Assembly: GCA_964639185.1 (NCBI GenBank) | Contig: CAZXCN010000004.1 | Span: 174 to 64,173, forward strand | Source: an uncultured Candidatus Saccharibacteria bacterium | GTDB taxonomy: Bacteria > Patescibacteriota > Minisyncoccia > Phycocordibacterales > UBA9973 | Direction: 5' to 3' | DNA: 64,000 nt | Shown: positions 57,675 through 64,000 of the stretch, piece by piece | How the letters are laid out: each line of letters opens with the position of its first letter | Position numbering within the stretch: the first letter of the stretch is position 1 | Position numbers and translations under genes: made by a program | The notes under the pieces: model-generated | The model's database searches: none | The model's input: the letters and a program-made list of their open reading frames with translations, nothing else | Told to the model about the DNA's origin: nothing

Positions 57675-58232
57675 TTAACTACTACGAGATATGCTACGGT
57701 GTATGACCAAAAGAATAAGTATTGTTACAGAAGTTGTTAACGCCATCATAGGCATACTAACGTAACCAAATTCATATACATACCGAGCTGAACATGAGAC
57801 AGTAGTAGAATTTGGTATTACACATGGTAGAGGTGATGAACCACCATTTTCTATATATATATGATACAAAGATACAAGTGTACCGAACCCTGCTAACACA
57901 ACACTGCCTTTCATTATCCTATCCTTGTCGATACGTCTGCGCCACATCATCATGCCAAATAATATAACTTGTGGATATATCAAAACTCTTTGTATCCAGC
58001 ACAGTTCACAAGGAGGAAAGCCTATTACTTCGGAATAAAACAAACTTGCTATCATGGCTACAAATGCAATAGTAAAAGATGCTTCAATAGCGTATTTGTC
58101 TATAAATATCATAAATTTATTCGAGCGACGCGGATTCCAAGCAAAAGAAAATAATAATAAACCCAAAAAAATATGCATCAATATGGTACCAATAGCAAGT
58201 GCTTGATTAAATGTTGTTACGTATGTTGGCAT
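57675..58232 (-). CDS. dsbB: Disulfide bond formation protein B (DsbB/BdbC family)
   Basis: 'GFPPCELCWIQRVLIYP' closely resembles the BdbC-type CxxC-YQR motif. 4 TM helices. Second Cys pair 'CVIPNSTTVSC'. Confidence 0.7.
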   Translation of the reverse strand: MPTYVTTFNQALAIGTILMHIFLGLLLFSFAWNPRRSNKFMIFIDKYAIEASFTIAFVAMIASLFYSEVIGFPPCELCWIQRVLIYPQVILFGMMMWRRRIDKDRIMKGSVVLAGFGTLVSLYHIYIENGGSSPLPCVIPNSTTVSCSARYVYEFGYVSMPMMALTTSVTILILLVIHRSISRSS

Positions 58233-58237
58233 ATATT

Positions 58238-58630
58238 TTATTCAGCAACTTCAACAGGAAGTACGCATTGAGATTTCTCGGATAAAGTTTCAAAAGTTAC
58301 TTCCCCTGTTAAAATTGAGGCGTCAGGGAAAACCCAAGTTGGATACGCTTCGATTTTATTATCGATACACACTTGCGTTTGACTTTTATCAGGATTGGAA
58401 CATTCGATATAATTTAAATATTTTGCAGAGGAACCGAAAGCTTTCTTTTGAGCTTGGCAATGAGGACACCAAAAAGCTCCAAAAAACTTTGTCCCAGAAT
58501 CACGTAAACATTGAGCAAATTGATCATATTTACCAGGACCCGATGGCTTATTAGCCAATACACCCATACCTATTACAAGAACAATTAAAATTAATACAAA
58601 TAATCCAAATTTTGCAGCTTTATTTTTCAT
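58238..58630 (-). CDS. Membrane-anchored thioredoxin-fold thiol-disulfide oxidoreductase (CPHC)
   Basis: N-terminal TM anchor and 'FGAFWCPHCQAQKKAFG' Trx/DsbA-type active site. Immediately upstream of dsbB in the same operon. Confidence 0.6.
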   Translation of the reverse strand: MKNKAAKFGLFVLILIVLVIGMGVLANKPSGPGKYDQFAQCLRDSGTKFFGAFWCPHCQAQKKAFGSSAKYLNYIECSNPDKSQTQVCIDNKIEAYPTWVFPDASILTGEVTFETLSEKSQCVLPVEVAE

Positions 58631-58652
58631 TTGTACATTATAACATATAAAT

Positions 58653-58676
58653 AAAACACCCTATAGGGTGTTTTAT
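58653..58676 (-). terminator. rho-independent terminator of nrdAB
   Basis: 'aaaacaccctatagggtgtttt' right after the nrdB stop. Confidence 0.65.
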
Positions 58677-58696
58677 TTATAGTATTTAGATGCTGA

Positions 58697-59704
58697 CTAT
58701 TTATCCTCTTCCCCTTTTTCCTCATCAGTGTGACCATGAGCATCTACCTCATAAGCAGTATTTTGTGCTTCAAAGAAATTGACCAATTCATATACATCAG
58801 TAGATGTAGCCATCCATTTTGCAGGATTAGATACGTTGTATTGTGGAGGCATACCGAGCTCTTCGAGTCTACGGTCGGCAACGTATTTTACATATTGATT
58901 CACGTATTCAGCGTTCAACCCTAGAATTCCATTTGGGAAAAGATCTTTGTTATAAGCTGTTTCCAACTCTACCCCCTCTATTACAATATTTCGCAATTCA
59001 TCAGCAAATTCAGGAGTTAGTAATTCAGGATTCTCTTCAAGGATATTTAAAATTAGATTAATTCCAAATTTTAAATGCAAAGATTCATCACGCAAAACCC
59101 AGTTTAACATTGATCCGAAATTACGAAGCTTGTTACGTTGACGGAATGAAAATATAACCATGAATCCAGAATAGAACCAAACACCTTCCATAACTATATT
59201 TGTTGCTACTAGGTTACGAATAAATTCTTTTTTACCTTCAGCTGTTTCCACGTCTAGAGTAACTTCAGTCATACGCTTTAAGTATTTATTTATATAGTCC
59301 TCTTTTGCAATCATTGATGGTGTTACTGTATGGACTTTATATACCTCTTCACGATCCATGGGAAATGTTTCTAATACGTACTCAAAAGCTACGCAATGAT
59401 TGGCTTCTTCCCACATTTGTTTTGCTATATACAAATGACACTCTGGTGATTTCAGGTACGGGTACACACCCAAAGCAAGTGAACGGTTCACAATTAATTC
59501 GGCTGGATTAAAGAATGCCATTAAAAATTTTACAGCATGGCGTTCATCCTCAGTCATTTCATTCCAATCCTTTATATCTTCCCCTAGTGGTATTTCATGA
59601 GGGAACCAAGTATTGCGTACTGCTTGGTTATACAATTCATAAGCCCATTTGTATTTCATTGGGTGGAGTGATGTGTCTTTTGGTTCTGGTTTTCCTAATA
59701 ACAT
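58697..59704 (-). CDS. nrdB: Ribonucleotide reductase class I small subunit (R2)
   Basis: Diiron ligand motifs 'EANHCVAFE' (ExxH) and 'RDESLHLKFG' (ExxH), plus an acidic C-terminal tail. Confidence 0.9.
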   Translation of the reverse strand: MLLGKPEPKDTSLHPMKYKWAYELYNQAVRNTWFPHEIPLGEDIKDWNEMTEDERHAVKFLMAFFNPAELIVNRSLALGVYPYLKSPECHLYIAKQMWEEANHCVAFEYVLETFPMDREEVYKVHTVTPSMIAKEDYINKYLKRMTEVTLDVETAEGKKEFIRNLVATNIVMEGVWFYSGFMVIFSFRQRNKLRNFGSMLNWVLRDESLHLKFGINLILNILEENPELLTPEFADELRNIVIEGVELETAYNKDLFPNGILGLNAEYVNQYVKYVADRRLEELGMPPQYNVSNPAKWMATSTDVYELVNFFEAQNTAYEVDAHGHTDEEKGEEDK

Positions 59705-59738
59705 ATATAATTCTTGTTTTTTAATTCTTAATTAATTT

Positions 59739-62381
59739 CTACTGGCACCCTTCACAAATCAATGCATCTTGTGGATCTACTGGCCCATGAACTACGAGGC
59801 TCTCTTGCATTCTTCTCGGGGGATTTTGTGTTTGAGGGTTATTCGTCTGAGTTGCTGGCTTTACTTGATTTAAATTCTTTTTTTCTTCAACTTTTACTTC
59901 ATTTTTCTCAACAACATTTTCAATTTTAACCTCAGGAATAATTACTTTTTCAACTTTCTTTACCTCTGGTATTGGTTGAGTATTTACTGTTGGTTGTTTA
60001 TTAAAAACAGAAGCGAAACCTACCTTGCCCAAAGCTGTGCTCTTATTTACTTTTGTTGTAGACTGTTCAGCAGAATGTTTTGGCTTTACATGCAAATAGT
60101 AAGTAGTCTTCAAACCTTTCTCCCAAGCATTACTATAGATATCAATAACTTGATTTACATTTTGCACATCTAAATACATATTACGAGATATTGCTTGGTC
60201 AACCCATTTCTGAGCACGTGCTGCTACCTCAATGAAAGCATACGGTGATGTTATGAATGATGTTTTATAGATCTTCTTTATATTTTCTGGAATATTATCC
60301 ATATGTTCCAAACTACCATGACTCATCAATAGTTCCTCTCTATTCCCTTCCCAAAGACCTAAAGCTTTCAGATCATGAACTAGGTTTGGATTTACTTCGA
60401 GGTATTTACCAGAAATCTTGTTACGAGAAAACATTTGCGCGAATCTAGGGTCAATACCAGGTGAAGTTCCTGCTACTAATCCAATATTTGCATTCGGTGC
60501 AATAGCCATAACTGTTGCATTACGCACACCTTTGCGAACCTTTTTACGAAGCTCATCCCAATCAAGCTCAGGAATCATCTTTATACTGCCAGTCATTACT
60601 GACAATTTTTCCTCACGAGAATCTTCAAGAATTTTTAATGTATCTATTGGCACCATACCCTTTGACCATCCTGAGCCTTGGAAATTTTTATAAGCACCAC
60701 GCTCGGATGCTAATTTTGCGCTTTCATCTATTGCCATATATGAAATAAATTCAAAAACTTTATCAGTTAAGTCATAAGCCTCTTGATCCTCATATGAATA
60801 ACCCATCTTTTCAAATGTATCTGCCAATCCCATAAGACCCAAGCCTACAGCACGATTCTCGGCATCAGCTTTGATTGCTTCGGCAATTGGTAATTTATTC
60901 ACATCAATAAGGTTATCGAGCTGGCGAATAGATAGGCGTGCTGATTCTTCGAGCCTTGCCCAATCTATCTGCTTGCCTACTACGTGTTGAGGAAGGTTGA
61001 TAGATACCAAGTTACAAACAGCTATATTTTCTTTGTTTTGAGGAAGAGTAACTTCAGTACATAGATTCGAAGCATGTATAGTACCAGTGTTATTATTGAG
61101 CGCACGCACATTGATAGTATCCTTCCATGTTAGCCATGGGTGTGATGTTGTTTGCAATGACACGAGGATATTTTTATATTGCTGACGAGCTGGTAGCTTC
61201 CTCCACATTTTCAATTCACCCTTCTCTGCCATATCTACATATTCCTTGTAACGCTTGGAAAATTCATGCCCATATAACTCAACTAGGTCAGAAACTTCAT
61301 TCGGATCAAATAAGTACCAATCCATATCCATCTTTACACGCATCATGAATTCATCAGATATATACACAGCAGTGTTTGCTGTACGAGTACGACGATAATC
61401 ATCTCCGGCATTTTGCTTCAAATCGATGAAATCTTGAAAATCTAAGTGCCAATTCTCCATATAGAAACATAGGGCACCCTTCTTCTTTCCACCACGCTGA
61501 ACAGCACGTACTGCTGAGTCAATAATGTGCATAAATGGAACTGGTCCTGAAGATACAGTATTGTTAGACTTTAATACTGAACCATTAGCACGAAGCTTTG
61601 TAACTGATAGCCCAATACCTCCTGTTGCCTTTGAAAGCATTAAGACATCTGAAACTGTTTTACCAATATGAGCCATATCATCCTCTATTTGCATCAAATA
61701 ACAGTTAGAGAGTGATGGGCGTGTAGTACCTGCACCAATATTTGTAGATCCAGCAGAAAGGTATTCAAGACGTGACATTTTGTCGTAGAATTTCATAGCC
61801 CATTCTGTTGGATTCTTTTCCTTTAGTGACATGCCCATAGCAACACGCATCCAGAAGTATTGAGGTGTCTCAAGTGGCTTTTGATTTTTGTCCTTTATAA
61901 GATAACGGTCACGCATAGTAGATACACCAGAATATTTATATAATTCATCGCGCTCTACTTTTAAATATTTACCTAGGTCATCAAGATCAAATAGTGAATC
62001 TAAACGCTTGTCCAAAAGGCCAAGCTCTACACCAAGACGAATATAATGCTTGAAATGTCCTTTATGCATTGTTGCCAATTCTTCTTTTGTCTCAAAGTCA
62101 CCCAATACTGCCTTGTAGATTGTTTTCATGAACAGACGTGTAGCTATTTTGTCGAATTCTAGGTCCTCTTGGGCGTTCTGTAATGATGCATTTATAGTAG
62201 CCTGATCCAATTCTTCAGTAGTAATGCCATCATATAGTGTTAGACGAGTTTCTGAAGCGATTTGAGTCACTTTTGAAACAGGATCCGTCAATCCGTAACA
62301 AGCTCTTTCGATAGACTTGTTAATACGGTCGGCATTAAAAGATTCGCGTGATCCATTACGTTTTGTGATTGTTATACTCAT
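59739..62381 (-). CDS. nrdA: Ribonucleotide reductase class Ia large subunit (R1) with N-terminal ATP-cone
   Basis: ATP-cone 'ITKRNGSRESFNADRINKSIERAC', 'NLCTEV' active-site Cys region, and C-terminal 'CEGCQ' redox pair after a low-complexity tail. Confidence 0.9.
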   Translation of the reverse strand: MSITITKRNGSRESFNADRINKSIERACYGLTDPVSKVTQIASETRLTLYDGITTEELDQATINASLQNAQEDLEFDKIATRLFMKTIYKAVLGDFETKEELATMHKGHFKHYIRLGVELGLLDKRLDSLFDLDDLGKYLKVERDELYKYSGVSTMRDRYLIKDKNQKPLETPQYFWMRVAMGMSLKEKNPTEWAMKFYDKMSRLEYLSAGSTNIGAGTTRPSLSNCYLMQIEDDMAHIGKTVSDVLMLSKATGGIGLSVTKLRANGSVLKSNNTVSSGPVPFMHIIDSAVRAVQRGGKKKGALCFYMENWHLDFQDFIDLKQNAGDDYRRTRTANTAVYISDEFMMRVKMDMDWYLFDPNEVSDLVELYGHEFSKRYKEYVDMAEKGELKMWRKLPARQQYKNILVSLQTTSHPWLTWKDTINVRALNNNTGTIHASNLCTEVTLPQNKENIAVCNLVSINLPQHVVGKQIDWARLEESARLSIRQLDNLIDVNKLPIAEAIKADAENRAVGLGLMGLADTFEKMGYSYEDQEAYDLTDKVFEFISYMAIDESAKLASERGAYKNFQGSGWSKGMVPIDTLKILEDSREEKLSVMTGSIKMIPELDWDELRKKVRKGVRNATVMAIAPNANIGLVAGTSPGIDPRFAQMFSRNKISGKYLEVNPNLVHDLKALGLWEGNREELLMSHGSLEHMDNIPENIKKIYKTSFITSPYAFIEVAARAQKWVDQAISRNMYLDVQNVNQVIDIYSNAWEKGLKTTYYLHVKPKHSAEQSTTKVNKSTALGKVGFASVFNKQPTVNTQPIPEVKKVEKVIIPEVKIENVVEKNEVKVEEKKNLNQVKPATQTNNPQTQNPPRRMQESLVVHGPVDPQDALICEGCQ

Positions 62382-62582
62382 GGCAAAAATTGGTTAAGTT
62401 AGGCTAATAAATTTGAAAAATTTTTATTCGGGAGTACATTATACCCCCGAGCACGAACCCCCAGCAAGTGCAAAAACTATAAACACAACACTATGAAAAT
62501 TAAGTGTTAACTCGTCAACACTTACAGAAATTTTCCTAAAAAAAACCTTGCCTACTAGCGTATTTCTAATACAAGAAAACAT

Positions 62583-62622
62583 AAAAAATCCCCACCCAAA
62601 AAATGTAATTTTTTGGGTGGGG
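62583..62622 (-). terminator. rho-independent terminator of Cys-rich paralog 2
   Basis: 'ccccacccaaaaaat-gta-attttttgggtgggg', a 15-bp stem with an A-run on the plus strand (T-run on the minus strand). Confidence 0.7.
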
Positions 62623-62675
62623 ATAACCTCTCTTTTGCATTTCCCTACTACTTCCTACCTACTACTTTCTACTTG

Positions 62676-64000
62676 CTAGAGTACTTCTTGCTGATAACAT
62701 TTTTCGCAATACACCAACTCTTGCCTATCTGGCGTATATGATGTTTCAAATTCTGTACCACAATTATTGGAACATTTTCTTTTATACAACTTGGGCATAC
62801 GAACATAAGAAAGTCTTTCATAATGCCTACAATTTGGGCATGAATTTGGTAAAGATATATTATGATTTTTATAAAATTCTAATTCTTCTTTCGTGATTTT
62901 AAAAACACCAACACACCTATGACTTTTACATATATTATTATGTGCACATTCTAAAACTTCATCAATAATTGAATCTGAGGTTTTATCTGGAATTCCATCT
63001 TTTGTTAAAGTAGGATTATATTTATTAACTACAGGCTCTCTATATAGGTATCCTGATTCTATAATTTCTTCTCTTATCAAAGGAAAAAATTCTTGAGCCG
63101 CAGATTCATTATAGGCAAAAGCCATACAAATTTGTGGAAAATATTCACCGTATCTATAGATTATTCCTTTTTCATCTACATAAGGCATATCCATCATATG
63201 ATGTCTTATTTTTTTTACTATTTCAAAATATTCTTCTTTTGTATGCTGTTTATTTAAAATACAATACTTATTGCTTTGTAAACTAACACAACCAAAAGTA
63301 TCTTGTACGTTTAAGCAAAAATCAGTATATTCACTATTTACAGTTCCATTACCAATAGAAACAAAATGTGAATTAGTTGATCCTTTTGCCCCACCATGAA
63401 CTTCATACAAAAGTTCTCCTGACAAACTTCCAAATACATCATAAGAATCTTTTAGACCAACTGTCCGCATAACAAATTTACAATTTTCACTTTCTGTTGA
63501 ATGAAAAGACTTATTTACATTATTTGATCTAACAACATTATCCCCTGTTGAATTATTAGACCCCGTTAAATTAGCAAATTTATGAATCGAATTTTTAAAT
63601 AAATCTGAAAATTCATTTTTTAAATTAAAAACACTAGATAATGAGCTAAAGTCAATTTTATTAATCTCATTTTTATATTCTTCTTTTGTTAATTGTTTGT
63701 TTCTGAAAAAATATTGCTTATTCCTTACATTTGAAGACATAAAACAATCTACACAATTAACGCAATCATATAGAAAATTTGAACTAACACAATCTCTACA
63801 ATCTATCAAATAAGATGAATTTGAGCTTTTACTTGTTTGAATACAAGAATAACAATACTGGCAATCAATTATATTATAACAATCCATACAATCATTACAT
63901 CGATCAGCGCTACGAGTATAATAAATCCAATTAGAATCAGTAGTTGTAAAAGATAGATAAATATCTTTTGAATTTAATATATAGTTACCATAATCACAAT
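62676..64000 (-). CDS. Cysteine-rich multi-zinc-ribbon protein (paralog 2), 5'-partial at window edge
   Basis: Reading frame stays open upstream of the listed Met (63887) to nt 64000. Alignable with paralog 1 ('CFMSSNVRNKQYFFRNKQLTKEEYK' versus 'CFMCVGLRNKQHYFKNKKYTREEYN'; C-termini 'YCEKCYQQEVL' versus 'YCESCYQKEVV'). Confidence 0.5.
   Translation of the reverse strand, partial: CDYGNYILNSKDIYLSFTTTDSNWIYYTRSADRCNDCMDCYNIIDCQYCYSCIQTSKSSNSSYLIDCRDCVSSNFLYDCVNCVDCFMSSNVRNKQYFFRNKQLTKEEYKNEINKIDFSSLSSVFNLKNEFSDLFKNSIHKFANLTGSNNSTGDNVVRSNNVNKSFHSTESENCKFVMRTVGLKDSYDVFGSLSGELLYEVHGGAKGSTNSHFVSIGNGTVNSEYTDFCLNVQDTFGCVSLQSNKYCILNKQHTKEEYFEIVKKIRHHMMDMPYVDEKGIIYRYGEYFPQICMAFAYNESAAQEFFPLIREEIIESGYLYREPVVNKYNPTLTKDGIPDKTSDSIIDEVLECAHNNICKSHRCVGVFKITKEELEFYKNHNISLPNSCPNCRHYERLSYVRMPKLYKRKCSNNCGTEFETSYTPDRQELVYCEKCYQQEVL

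Noticed and set aside
1-64000. CRISPR arrays, prophage or integrative-element signatures
   Set aside because: No array of regularly spaced direct repeats was found, and no integrase, transposase, recombinase or capsid-like ORF. The repeats present are single palindromic hairpins at gene ends.

Overview
This is a compact, AT-rich bacterial chromosomal segment (roughly mid-30s % GC by eye) with very short intergenic spacers and long single-strand gene runs. No rRNA, tRNA, CRISPR array, integrase or transposase was recognised.

Gene content, in order:
(1) 1-8.8 kb is a fucosylated-glycan locus: three GT2 glycosyltransferases, a GT11 alpha-1,2-fucosyltransferase, gmd, fcl, an NAD-dependent epimerase, and an O-antigen-ligase-like membrane protein with a C-terminal TPR region.
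(2) 8.9-10.9 kb is a secreted surface protein with a peptidoglycan-binding domain and a 14-Thr linker; a 744-bp noncoding gap follows it.
(3) Housekeeping genes: ftsK, recA, efp, the rpsF-ssb-rpsR operon, metG-tatD, glyQS (eukaryote-like dimeric type), a recO-like gene, ileS (type 2), argS, glyA, thyA-folA-dcd, tmk, mazG, rplK-nusG-secE, pyrC plus a DHODH-like gene, a MacAB-like ABC efflux trio, a dsbB/Trx pair, cutA and class Ia nrdAB.

The type-2 IleRS, eukaryote-like GlyRS and reduced gene set are consistent with a reduced-genome lineage such as CPR/Patescibacteria, but this is inference.

Most unusual observations:
(a) The 1170-aa IleRS carries a complete histidine-phosphatase (PGAM-like; RHGE motif) domain inserted between the conserved 'WxISRxRxW' and 'DLHRPYID' motifs.
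(b) A T-box riboswitch-like leader lies upstream of ileS, with the GGUGGUACCGCG core, a terminator, and an AUC-A specifier apparently placed in a terminal hairpin loop.
(c) Two paralogous, large cysteine-rich multi-zinc-ribbon proteins with internal repeats. One is tightly coupled to argS and followed by a DUF62/SAM-hydroxide-adenosyltransferase-like gene; the other sits beside nrdAB and is truncated by the window edge.
(d) A two-gene ATP-grasp-like plus M20 amidohydrolase module is bracketed by near-identical 16-17-bp-stem palindromic hairpins.

All functional calls rest on motif recognition by eye. No database search was run.
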